DNA of 61,387 nt, the filler included, from Sluysia triapertura (taxonomy: Eukaryota): assembly GCA_046118255.1 (NCBI GenBank). It is 4 parts of 4 records of this genome, joined end to end, with 100 filler letters (N's around TTAATTAATTAA, not from the genome) between each part and the next. Parts side by side here need not be neighbours in the genome. Positions count along the whole stretch, not along the records: positions 1 to 18,988 come from JBJNIA010104209.1; positions 19,089 to 31,390 come from JBJNIA010121860.1; 2 more parts are not named here. One strand, given 5' to 3'. The notes below the pieces were generated by a model. It had not been told where the DNA came from. It saw only the letters and a program-made list of their open reading frames with translations, and searched no databases. Below, in pieces: positions 13,950 to 26,407 of this stretch (position 1 is its first letter; each line of letters opens with the position of its first letter). The position numbers were made by a program, and so were the translations under genes.

Positions 13950-15378
13950 AACGTGATATGTTACCATCGTTATCAATTTCATCTGCACGATCATCAGTAG
14001 TCACTGTATAATTGACTCCAATTTACCTTAACCAGTTTTTGATAATGTTATTAAATGTTTAACTTCATATTTTGTAAGATTCAGTGCTTTACAAATATAT
14101 TGTAGCATATCTAGTAGACCTAAATATCTACCTTTGTAAATGTCAAAAATACGTTCAACCAAATGGTATTCATTATTGTGCATCCAAAGTGAGCAATATT
14201 TCTTTTTGAACATTTCTACATCATGCATTTGAACAATATTTATATTATCTTCAAATTGATTTACAACTTCACTGATTACACGATCCCTATCTAATCGAAT
14301 CTTTGGCTGTTCAAATGAATTAACAATTTGATTTAAGCATACTGTAGGAATTGTGTTGAATATATTTATTCCACAACATATAATCGCGTAAAAATTTTGT
14401 CCCATTGAACTTATTTTCGGTACGATATCTGATATTTTTCCACGATCACTCCAGTATGCGTCATTAGGCCATTTTACACGCAATTGGCGCTTTATATTTG
14501 TTACTTTAATACTAACAGCCATAGTGTGCTGCAACAAAGACACATACTTCACTGATTTTGACTTCATGTTTATTTCAATCAATGTAAACATTTTACATCC
14601 AGGAGTAATCCATTTATTATTTTTATGACCTTGACCTTGAGTTTGGTATTTAGATATTATTTCCTAGATTAAGTAACTTTTCCATCATTACATAACTACT
14701 TTCCAATACGTCAGTATAGATAATAAGTATGAAAATATTCCTCTTCATTAAACATAGGTGTTGTTTCAAGAAATTCGTATTTATCTTTGATTCGTAACAT
14801 TACTTTTCTAGTTACTGTAATATGAACTGAGTTGTTCTTTGTAAGATTTTTTGCGTAAGTTTTTATTTGGAAACTTATATTTATTTTATTTATTGAAGTT
14901 TTTATTTATTGAACTATATAAATAAACAGAAGTAGGAAACTTTACATAATCTTCGACGACTAACTGCATGTATCTTTGTAAAATAAGTGTTCAATTACAA
15001 AGTTATCGATATTTCCAAAACGAAAAGCAACTGGATCTTATGTATTAGGATGTTTTTAAATAATCACATTATTTTCTGTTCATTCCAGTAAATTCAATGG
15101 GTTTGTTATTAAATATCCAATCAGTCACAACAACGATTTTATGTGAATGATTCTTTATCGTTTCTGTTATAATGTTTGTAAGTTCTTTTTATGTGCTTCA
15201 CCACTAAGAAAATTTCCAATGACAAAAATTTTACTATTATTAATCCAAGATCATTTAAGTACTTCATCCGCATTTAATGTATAAACGACGTAATGATGTT
15301 TCGAATAAATATTTTTAGTTAATTCAGGTAAATTAGAACAAAGAAAAGAAGTATATAGTATTATATCACATTTCTTCA
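13950..15378 (-). pseudogene. HLCS: Holocarboxylase synthetase / biotin-protein ligase pseudogene
   Basis: Contains YVVYTLNADEVLK*SW (premature TGA), QTQGQGHKNNKWITPGCKMFT (degenerate QTxGRGRxxNxWxSPxG motif) and VKWPND..KIS..CGINI. Multiple stops and frameshifts; no clear introns. Confidence 0.85.
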
Positions 15379-15899
15379 TTGTATTTATCAAATTAACATG
15401 TAAATAATCGATTAATTTTTTGTTATTTTATATTTTTAAGGTATTTATTGAAAATAGACATAAATGTGGCTATGTTTTAGTTACTTCAGCAGCTTTATTC
15501 ATTAAGTTTATGATGTATTATCGTACTTATAAAGCGAAAGCTGGAGGATGAAGAGTATCGGAATTTTTCTCTTGATATTACAATGTCTAATATTACAATA
15601 CACTACTTTTACCGTGTTTGACATTTGTAAAACTAGCTAGTGTATTTTTTGATTAATATAAATAAATAAATAATAGAATAATAGTACCTGAAATTTAAAA
15701 GAAATTTGTGATTATTATATCTACAGATTGTCCTTGAAATTGATAGTTGTTAAAAGAATTTAATTTCAACGAATACTGATAACATATTTTAGTTTTCTCT
15801 GTAATATTTGGATGTTGAAATAATCACTTAAACCATAAATTTCAAGTGGTAGTAGCGTTGGGGTTGTTCGAAACATATAGGTCCATTTTTATTTTCTAT

Positions 15900-16380
15900 A
15901 GATTCTTTACATTTTATATATTACTAATTTTATCATTTTCTTCTGCTTGTTTAATCTGATTATTTTCAATTTCTTTAATTTTTGTTTTTAATAATTGAGC
16001 AATTTGTCGCTAATTATCTATTGTCTTTTCTATGTCGATTCTAAAATCAATTTCTTCCTGATAATTCTAAACTTGAATTTCTTAAATTATCAATAATTCC
16101 TTCCGATTCTTTTAACTTTTTTGTTTTTTTTTCAGCTATTTCTCTTTCAATATAACTTTTTCATTTATTAATTTTTTCAGCTTCTAATTTTAATTTCATA
16201 TGTAAAACTTTAATTTGCGTGTTGAGTCTTCATTGTTATCAGTTTTACACGAATTAGTATTTTTGTATTCTTCCGGATTAATTAAGTTTAATTCAAAATC
16301 TTTCGTTGGTGTTTTAGTTGGATCCGTTTTCCGAATTCCATTCGATCATCATTAATTTCAAATTGACTAAGTATAGAATT
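15900..16380 (-). pseudogene. Decayed E/K-rich coiled-coil coding fragment
   Basis: Minus-strand translation gives K/E/I-rich segments (e.g. IAQLLKTKIKEIENNQIKQAEEND) broken by stops and frameshifts. Confidence 0.35.
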
Positions 16381-17410
16381 AAATTGATCATAATCACACA
16401 TACATAACTATATACAAGTTCAGACATACAAAAACAAAAAAAATATGAAGAAATGTTGAAAGTAAAGATATTAATAATGATAACAATAACGTATTTATTG
16501 AATATTTTAAAATAATGGTGTTGTGAGGTTATTATACGATAATCACATTATATAACAATAATGATAACAATCATTATATATTTTAATACGAATGGATTTA
16601 TAATAACAATAACCATGGTTCGTGATAATTATGTACAATGATTAGGTTTTGTTTAATGCTCTGTCTATGTAAGAGATGTTTTCATGTGATGAAATGTTGA
16701 TATTGTGATATGATTTCCATACACCTTGTAATGCCATTTTAGTATAAACTGAATTATATGATAAGTACAATGATTTTATTATTTTTACATAAACCTGCCA
16801 TAAATTTACTCATAATTTTTTGATCCAACGTACCGATATTATTAAAACTCAAATATAAAAATTCAAGATAAAACTTTAATGGAAATTAATAAAGAATTAT
16901 TAATGGGCAGGCATAAATATTTTAAATTAATTAATGTAACCATTAAGTAACGTTAAGCGTTATCATTGAGCAGATTATGACTTAATTGTATTAATATACT
17001 TCGATAATGTTACACTAAGATTTTGTGAATATACGGGAGTTAATCGTTTATAACACCAATGTCACTTAGACAATTGTCAGTTAAATTAATTTTTGCTATT
17101 GTTTCATTATGTATGAAACATTTTGCTAATACTCTAATGTCACTTTCCCAAAGTCTATCTATCAGATAAAATGTAACAAATATATTTATTACATGGAAAC
17201 ACGTTATGCTTTTTAGTTTATTTTTATAAAATTTTTGACCAGTACTATCATTATCAGGTAAGTTGCTTTCACCAGTAAATGAGTGGATTAAAAATTCGCT
17301 ATTTGTTCCAGCGTATTAGTCGTCACATGACGCGACATAAAAATTAACAATACTATTAAGTGATATTATGGTAAGAGTAAAGCTGTCCATTATGCAATTT
17401 TCAATTTTTA

Positions 17411-17866
17411 TTATTTGCTAATCGAATTTGAAGTTGCTTGGAGATAGTTGCTTTTCTTCACAGTGCCGCTTGGATCTATTTTAGGAAGTAGTGGGCCGTG
17501 AATCTGATACTTAGGCCGACCAACTCCAACAAGTATTCCTTCTTCAATATCTCTATATGCTATTGTATCTGCTAAATGTATAACAAATTTCGCAACCTGT
17601 TTCATATAAATAATATATCCTCACTATAAGAATTGGTGATTTTGATATACCGAGCAACTTGCAATAGATGCTCACTCGATAAACATACTTGATAAATCCC
17701 ATAAAGCAGGGTCAGCTAATCCAGTATCTCATTACCAGCTTATTTTGTATATCTTCTTCGAAAGATATGTTTTAAGAAGTTCAAAGACACCCTCACACGA
17801 GATTTTATTGACTTGTCGTTTTTGATGTCTCGTTTTTCTTTGATTATTTTCTAAATAATCTGGTAT
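17411..17866 (-). pseudogene. PSMC2: 26S proteasome ATPase Rpt1 (regulatory subunit 7) 5' fragment, pseudogene
   Basis: IPDYLENNQRKT (ATA in place of the MPDYL start), DTGLADPALWDL, LQVARYIKI and [45 protein letters not shown] match the Rpt1 N-terminus. Deletions and frameshifts; no recognisable AAA core. Confidence 0.9.
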
Positions 17867-18988
17867 TTTATTTAATCAGAAAATATGTGTATCAAATATT
17901 TGTCAGAAATATACTTTTAATTATTAACTTTAAAAAAACGTTGAAGAAAAATAATGATGTAAAGAAAAATAGCTAACTTAATGTTAAGAAGTTTTGTTTC
18001 AATTAAATTTTTAGATAAATGTCAAAAAAACAATTAAAATTAAATAAAATTAATTTTATTTTTAATAAATTAGAATATTTTTCGTCCCCCACACACAAGT
18101 CTTAGTAAATCTGTGGTTAGAATCAATCTTTTAATATTTACATTACGAATTACAAACCGATCATCTTCAAATTGCATTGCCATTTAAAACAACTAACTGT
18201 AAAATCGATTTCTTTCATTTTACATTTTTATAACTTTGTTGCAAATATTTTAATGACCTTTATACATCATCAATAGGGATCAGTATACCTTCCTAAAATG
18301 TCAACCTAAAATGAGTCATTTTTAATCTATATATTATTATTATTATTGATACTTCTAAAAAAATTAAAAAATGAATAAAACTAAACTTTAACAATTGAAA
18401 GATAATGAAAAAGTAATAAATTAATTAATTAAATTATTTTTTTACAAAAACACCAATTTACTTAAACTAAAATTTACTCAAACAACTACAAAAATAAATA
18501 AACAACTTATCTAAATAATTGTTATTGTATCTGAAAATAAAAAATAAACTACGTTTTGAATGAAATATTATCTTGAAAATTAATAATAATTAAAACAAAC
18601 AATCGGCAATTGGTTAGAACTTTTTTTTATAAATGCACAATGCACTTTTACTTAGAAGAACTCATTCGAAAATTCGAACTGTCAATTAAACAATTCAGAT
18701 ACAATCGGTGTGGTTTTCTGAACTCTTAACATATGGTAAAATAAAATTAAGCAGGGTTCGCTTATAGTAAACGACCTATGACGTAGAGTGGGCGTTCCTG
18801 TAACTATGGAAATTTGGTTTGGCAATTATTGCTTTAAGCAGTATAATTACTGTAATGATTAGAGGTTTCTAATATCATAATAATATTTATTATGATAATA
18901 ATAAAATAATAATATTTATTAATAAAACGAGATGGCGCCTATGTGCCTTGTCTGAATAAATAAATTTTTTAAAAAATACTTAAGTAAA

Positions 18989-19088
18989 NNNNNNNNNNNN
19001 NNNNNNNNNNNNNNNNNNNNNNNNNNNNNNNNTTAATTAATTAANNNNNNNNNNNNNNNNNNNNNNNNNNNNNNNNNNNNNNNNNNNN
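18989..19088. other. Artificial contig linker (N44-TTAATTAATTAA-N44)
   Basis: 100-nt spacer with a six-frame stop cassette, identical at three positions. Confidence 0.98.
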
Positions 19089-22000
19089 ATAATAGGAATC
19101 TGTAATTGATATTTTGTTTAATTAATAAATTATTTGGTTTTTGCTTTTAATTTGATTTTCTTTTTGAAACATTTAATTTTAGAATAATTATTATTATTAG
19201 TAATTAAGAAAATTATTGATATTTGGTATAGAGAGTATATAAACAATTGATTTATTTTTGTAGTTAATTAAATTAATATCTATTTCAATTAAATAATATT
19301 TAGAAAGACAACTCAATATAATAGTAATTATAAGAAATTGTATTAATCAAATATTGTATAATTAATCCTTTTGTCTGAATTAAATTTTGATTATAATTTA
19401 TATTCATTCTTATTTTAATATGCTGATTTTTCTGGATTATAATGCTTTTAAATTTGATATCACATTATTCTCTCTGTTCTGCTCAACCTTTAATTTAAAT
19501 TAATTTTAATCTGGAATAATGTTACTAAATTTAATTTACAAGTTTTATTCAATCTCAATTTAACATAATTTTTGAGTTACGTTTTAAACTAATTTTACAT
19601 GGATTTTGTATTCTTAAAGTTTTATTTTTATTCTTTATAGAATCTCATTTTAAGATGATTATTTATTTAATTTCAATTTAAAACTGATCACTATTTCTTA
19701 TTAAATTTCGAATTTATATTAACTTTATTAAATCTCATTTTAAATTGATATAAAGCAGTATAATCTTAATGGTAATGATTTTAATTTAATTTTAAAATAA
19801 TTTTGTTTTGAATGAATTTAAATTAAATGGATCATGTATTTTAAAAATTTTAAAATTTAAAATAAGTGAAAATTTGAAATTTAAAATAAATAAAAACTTG
19901 AAAAGTGAATGAATATTATGTTACATTATACGTAATTAAGTTAACCCTTAACATATTTAAAGCAGAAAATCCCATTAGTAAATAACTTACGATTTTAATT
20001 TTTTATAATAATTATTAAAGATCCGAGGATGAAGGTCAGTGAAAAGACATTTAATCCAAATAATTAAATGCTAAACTGAACGAATCGGGATAACAAGTCG
20101 CCGATATATTTAAACTAAGAATTAAATGCGATGAAATTTTTTAATTTGAATTTTCAAAACTTTTCCTTCGTGTGTAAATTTTATATAATATAATTTCATG
20201 CCATTTATATTATTTTTTTAATGGAGGTAATTTTGTTTTTTAAATTATTATTATTAAATATTGTTAATTGTTACTATATTTTATCAATGCCCGCAATTAA
20301 ATAATAATTATAACAACAACAAAAACCTAAATTGATTTTATGTTATAACTTAATTTGAAATACGATTATTTGTACCACTTTAAAAAAATCGATTTTAGTT
20401 CTTTAGAAGTTTAAGTTACACTCAGATTTAGCATTAGTAAACTTTTGATTACTGCCGAATCCACTTTAATTATTTTTATAATCCTACTTGTGATTTTTCT
20501 GTAGACAATATATATTCCCATTATTGCGTTATTTATTACATTATAAACTAAGTTAATATTTCACATAGTCTTAAATAAATTGTTTTCGTGATTTTAACTT
20601 GAATTGAGACTAACTAATTTTGCACAATAATTCAATTTTGAAAACCCTCTCTGGTAAGCAATTCAAATTTGAGAGGTAAGGAATAAAAAAACTTATATGT
20701 AGACAAGAGTAAGAAAAATCTAGCATTATTATTATTAATTATTATTATAGCGTAACGGATATTGATAAATAAAAATTCAAAAAACTAAAGTTAAATTCAT
20801 TATTTTTCTATATGTTTAATAAGACTTTTATTGCAGGCGAACCCATCGATTATATTTATTCTTATCATAAGTTACTAGTATAACCGCACCATGATTATTT
20901 TATGATTATTTTTTTTTAATTACTGGGAATTTTATTTTAATTTTTATTAAATTGTGTTAGGGAATCAACCTCTATTTTAAAATACTTTTTAAAGCTGATT
21001 ATTTAATTTATTGTGTTTTATTTTTATACAATTGTAAAGCTATCGAGACGTAATTTTAAAAGTGGTCAGAGCATAAGTTAGATTCTTTTAGTGGTTTATC
21101 TTTACGAAAATTCTGTTTCGAAGGATAACGGAATTAATTAATCTATTTTACCAATTTCCATATAGGTTTTAATTATATAGATTTTTTATATCTTCTTTAA
21201 AGTCAATATGCGCCTCAACTTGTAAAGATTTTTTGCTATTTTAAAGCTAGCGTTAAAATCTAATTAAAATATAAATCAATACTAGGGATAATAATCTAAT
21301 ATTTTAAATTATATCATTGTGTAAATAGTAAAATGATCAACAGTACAATTTTCAGAACTACGATAACCTTAGTTTTAAAATATATATTCTCAAGCTTTCA
21401 ATCTTTCTAAAATCTTTCTGCATTAAATAGCTGAAATAAATTTAGATTTAATATATTTATACCTATTTATATCTCGATTTAGTAAATAAATTCCTATTTT
21501 AAACACTTATTACACAGCGATTTTGTGTACTTTTTAATTTAAGTATTTGCTTAAATTATTTCACGTAGCCAAATCTTACATGGCGTCATAAATTAACGTA
21601 AATCGTATCATTAAATAGAAAAATATAAAGTCAAATGATTTAAAACGACAAAGTTAAAACTTAAATTTCATTAAAATATTAACCTATTCGTTTCGATGTT
21701 TAAAGTGCGCAAAGTTTTATTAATGTATAAAAATAGTACATAATAAATTATAGTTAGATATCGATTTTTAAACAATTGTCAGTTATTGTAGATTTAAATT
21801 ATGGTTTCTGAATTTATCTAGTTTCAACTTAAATCCAATACGATTTTAATTATAAATATTTAAAATAATAAAAAAATTATTTAATATTTTGATTGTTTAT
21901 TATTAAATTTATTATTTGCAATAAAAATAACTTATTCGTTACTTTAATTTCACAACTATGTTAGTGATTCTAAAAGTTGTTATTGTTTGATGTAAATTAT

Positions 22001-22178
22001 CTTTAAAATATAATTATGTAATACTTAGATTTTACTATATTTAAATATGCACTAATTAAATAGATACAAAAATTAAAACGAGAAACCTTGAGTAGATTTT
22101 ATTTAATTTTCTTTTTAAAATCAACGCTTATGTTAGCTTTTATTTTTTGGCTTAGTCTTCTGAATAAAAATAATTATA

Positions 22179-22440
22179 GTGAGTTCACCAACGTACTATT
22201 CTTACCGGTAGGGCTAACCGCTGGGTTTTGAGAAAACTTAATACTTAAGGAGGTTAACTTGTTTCAACTAAAATTGAAATTAAGCCAATAGTTTTATTTG
22301 GATTTAATCATGGAAGATTTTAATATGGTTCTTAAAAATGAACCAGAAAATTTAAATTGGAATTTTAATTAGTTTCAAAAAATAAATGTAGTTTTAATTG
22401 TCAATAAGATTTTAATCAGGTTCTAAAATGAACCTCTACG
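22179..22440. repeat. Dispersed repeat, copy 2 of 6175-6450
   Basis: Shares GTGAGTTCACCAACG, TAGGGCTA.CCGCTG, GGAGGTTA..TTTCAACTAAAA and GGTTCT..AAATGAACC. Confidence 0.75.
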
Positions 22441-23814
22441 TAAACTCAAATTTTTAATAACAAAATAACAATAATGAAATACTAAGTTAATATGGAATTA
22501 CATTGAAAAAAATGAAGTCACACAAATTTATGTTTAATAAAGAATATTTTAATTAGCTAATTTAGTAAATAGTAACTCCAATAATTCAAAAGGATTTTAA
22601 GTAAAAGTTTAGAAGATGCAATATTAAAAATTTCGAACGATTCCTAATCAATTAAACTAACGATAAAGGATACAAATTTTGATTGTAGTAAGATAATTCT
22701 GGAACGTGGATTGCTGTCCAAAGAAAAAATCGTAGGAATGAAGTTCTGAAACGCGGATTAGTCTTTAAGAAATTGGAATTGTTTTTTAATTGAGTTTTTA
22801 ATTGTGAAAGTTTTTGAAGTGTGAAAGTTGTAGTGTAATGGTCTATCTTAAATATCAGAAAAGCGTCCTTGAAGGTCAATAGTTATTTTAAACAACAAAA
22901 AAGATAATTATTTTAAACAAAGTAAATAAAAATAAAAACGATTTTGAATTCTTGTATTACCAAAATTTAAAACATTTTACTTCTTTTAAAAATGATTTTA
23001 GAATATTTTATAAATATTTTACTTACTTATAAAATTTGAATTTAAATTTCCGTATAAAATCTATTATTAAATTTATAAAAATCAATAAATGCAAGTTAAT
23101 ACTAATAGTGTGTACAAAAATTAACATCAAGTATTATCATTAATCATCATAACAAATCGATATTCTAAATTAATCATCATATTAACAAAATGATCGATAT
23201 TCTAAATATAGAATATTAACACTTATAATATAACGAATATTCGGAAATAGTTCAAATTATCAGCAAAGATTTCTGGAAGTAATAGTTCAATATTAATCGA
23301 TGTGTTCAATTTTGTAATTATTCAAACGATCCCAAATCAATTAAATGAATAATTTCAAATAATCTCAAGAACGTAATAACAATTAAAAGTCTGTATTTAA
23401 ATCTTTCCTGTGAATTGACTGTCGATAAAATTTTAAAAAAATTCGTAAACAACTTGTAGAAATAATGTTATGTTTAATACTTGTCACTACATTTATAGTA
23501 ATAAAATATATATGGTCACTGACCTCAATCTAATCACTAATCTACCAATGTAGTTAAGTGCCTTGAATGTAAATAATGAAATATAACTTTATAATATTAG
23601 TAATAATAGTAATAATAATACTTTTCTAATAATGTAATAATAATTTCAAATAATGTAATAATTTTAATAGCTAATAATAATAAAAGTATTAATAATAATA
23701 TAATAATAATAACTATTTATTTTAAATTCTATCTAAAATTATTTAATATTTCCTTATGCATTTACTAAAACATACATTTAAAAATGCAAAAAAAATTAAA
23801 TTACTTTTACACTA

Positions 23815-24560
23815 GCATACTTAAACAGACCGAATGGATTGGTCACTGCTGTTTTGCGTATATCAGCAGTATGTAATAGAATTTGATGATATGCCTTCGC
23901 CGGGTCTCTTGTACAGCCAAAAAATGTAGACAGTATATCTGTGGTGAGTGGCATGGTTATGCCTCTGGAATTGTAACTTTGCTTAAAATTCTGGTTCCAT
24001 CTTTCTTTATGATGATCTGGATAGGTGTGGCCTATGAAAAAGAACTTCGCTCAATTACTTGCTTTTTTTAAGATCAAGTTACCGTCGTCATTGTCTGCAT
24101 CGTAATGTTGGTATTGTTTTGATGAAGTATTCTTATTTGGATTAAATTGGTCACGTGTTAAATTCGGGTAAACTTGTTTCACATAGATGTAACGTTCGAT
24201 TGATTTATCTGCTCTAATTGAATTTTTATGTGAGCAAGTTTTCGGATGCCTTACTTAATGTTTTATTGTTACAGTTAAGTATGAGCTTGTAATATGTTAG
24301 AAAGTCTGCTTCCATTATTGGCCGCTGTACTGCAGCAATTAAGGATGTCCATTCAAATGTTTGATTGAATTGAGTAAGTTTAAAGCGTAGTTTTCTGGAG
24401 TCGCAGCAGGCAGCACTGATGCCATTTGCAGCTGCTAGAAAAGAACGTGCGTTTTTTATAACTCTTATGGAATCACAAACACAACAGCTCCAATGTCAAT
24501 CAGAAAATCCAATTTATTATATTCGAAACCTAATATCTTTAATGAATAGGTTATATAGTT
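23815..24560 (-). mobile_element. Ty3/gypsy pol remnant (aspartic protease plus N-terminal reverse transcriptase)
   Basis: Protease: FLIDIGAVVFVIP, LAAANG..FEWTSLIAAVQRPIMEADFL. RT: VIERSSFS*ATPIQIIIKKDG and DPAKAYHQILLHTADIRKTAVTNPFGLFKY. Stops and frameshifts throughout. Confidence 0.9.
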
Positions 24561-24577
24561 AACAGAGGTCTTTTTAA

Positions 24578-24810
24578 CGTTAGGCTGTCATCACGAACCT
24601 TTAAAATTATCAAATCGATAGACATAAACAATATTAATTTCTAAAACTTATTTTCCAAAAATGAAGATTTGTTGCTAAAAATAGGAAAGAAGTTTCTAGA
24701 ATGTTCTAGAACATTCCATCGATTCCTACTGGCTGATGACTAGTACACAAATTAGCATCAATTTTGTTAAAATCATCATTTAAGATTCGGCCATGTTAGA
24801 TTTCACTTTA
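24578..24810 (+). mobile_element. HSE-bearing LTR-like repeat, copy A (partial)
   Basis: (C)GTTAGG start, TTCTAGAATGTTCTAGAACATTC at 24694-24716, CGGCCATGTT at 24788. Confidence 0.7.
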
Positions 24811-25367
24811 TTTGTTCGATTATTATTATTATTATTGGATTTGTTTAGATAATTTTAGTAGAGTTCAATTACAATTGTTCCATTGATTTAGTAAGTTAAA
24901 TATATATTTAAATATAACTTCACGATTGAAATTATTAAATCGTGATAAATTCTTTTCAGTAATTTTTAAATACTTCGATCTAATGAGGGGAAAATTATAA
25001 AATAAAATCTGTCAGAAAAAAGAATAAATATCTCTTACGATTTTAACCCTAAAATATTAATTTGTAAATTTTCTTCTTTTCTTGTTATATTATTTGATTT
25101 TATTGTTAGTATTTGCTAATAAATTCTTAAATTGTTTTTTACATTGTTTCTGAATTGATTTTTGATTAAAATTAAAGTTAGAAGTGCATAATAATATAAA
25201 ATTTAATTAATTCATAAAGTTAAAAATCATTCGAGAAACAACGAACTGGAATCACTACAATTATAAAACAAATCATTAAACATAAGGTACTCAAAAATAC
25301 AGAAAGTTTAATTAAAGAATTTTCAGTCATTCTATATTAAATTTTACTTTAAGTTGTGCTTAGATAT

Positions 25368-25743
25368 AGTTTGAGGAACGCCATCTTTACAACATAAACC
25401 GTTTATTTTAATTTCTATTTTGATATAGGTTAAGTGTTAAAAATCCCAGTAGTAATTTATAAACGTTAGAATCCTGATCCTTTTCAATTAATTTACAATC
25501 AATTGTTTCACAAATCAACGAGTTAACTAACTTTTACAATAAGATTTTAAAATTAAAACTTGTTAGATATTTAATATGAACTTGATATTAAAATAACTTT
25601 TCCCATCAGTAAAACTGGGTGTAAAAATAAAGAAAAAGTTTTAAAGTGAAGAAAAACCATCTTAATATTGAAAAATTTAATCATTCGTTTTTATAAGTGA
25701 AATAATTTCAAGGTACGCAATAATAATAATAATAATAATAATA

Positions 25744-25789
<46 letters not shown>

Positions 25790-26046
25790 TAATATTAATA
25801 ATATTAAAAATAAGTGAACTAAACTACAAATCAAATTGTAATTCAAAAATTGTAAAATGAAATTGTGAATTGATTTTCAATGGAAACTAGTGTTTGGACT
25901 AGTCAATGACCAATCACAATCAATTAAAATTCTAGAATTTTCTAGAAAGTTATTTTCTTTTTTAGAAAATCGTATTTTACGTTTTGGAAAATATTTTTCT
26001 TTTTCAAAAATTTATGATTTTAAACAGCTGTGACGGCAATCTAACA
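25368..26046 (-). mobile_element. HSE-bearing LTR-like repeat, copy B
   Basis: TGTTAG start at 26046 (minus strand), TTCTAGAATTTTCTAGAA at 25930-25947, CCAAT at 25910, family 3' segment near 25370-25445. Interrupted by a microsatellite. Confidence 0.7.
25719..25787. repeat. Self-complementary (AAT)n(ATT)n microsatellite
   Basis: About 9 AAT units switch directly into about 14 ATT units. Confidence 0.9.
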
Positions 26047-26150
26047 AGATAAATGTTTGTCCATGTTTAAATTTACTTAAGGATCTTAGTAAGGTGGCTT
26101 ATTTTATTAATTAAAGATTTTATTTTCATTATTTAAATTTTTATGAGTTA

Positions 26151-26407
26151 TGTTAGGTTATCATTACAACCCTAAAATCATGCCATTTCTATTAAAGCCA
26201 TTTTCTAAAAAGAGTCCGAATTTTTAGAAATTTTAGAGAATTTCCATTGATATTGATTGGAATCAGAAACATTTAAAATCTCAATTTAATACACAATTTG
26301 ACAATACAGCTCTAGTTTTTCTAACACTTAACCTAAGGCAAAGTAATTTTTAGCATGGTCCGGTTGCAGTAAACAACTCACAACGTGCAATGGGCGTTTC
26401 TGTAACT
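26151..26407 (+). mobile_element. HSE-family LTR-like repeat, copy C (internally deleted, HSE degenerate)
   Basis: Starts TGTTAGG and ends GGGCGTTTCTGTAAC. The 3' block is shared with 30543-30630 (minus) and 18730-18805. Confidence 0.65.

Noticed and set aside
18989-19088. TTAATTAATTAA as a biological motif, and gene neighbourhoods across the gaps
   Set aside because: Identical synthetic linker at all three gaps, so cross-gap adjacency is meaningless.
23883-24071. Plus-strand ORFs 23883-24071, 35530-35712, 35777-36037, 54486-54704 and 59276-59461
   Set aside because: Antisense shadows of the minus-strand coding remnants.
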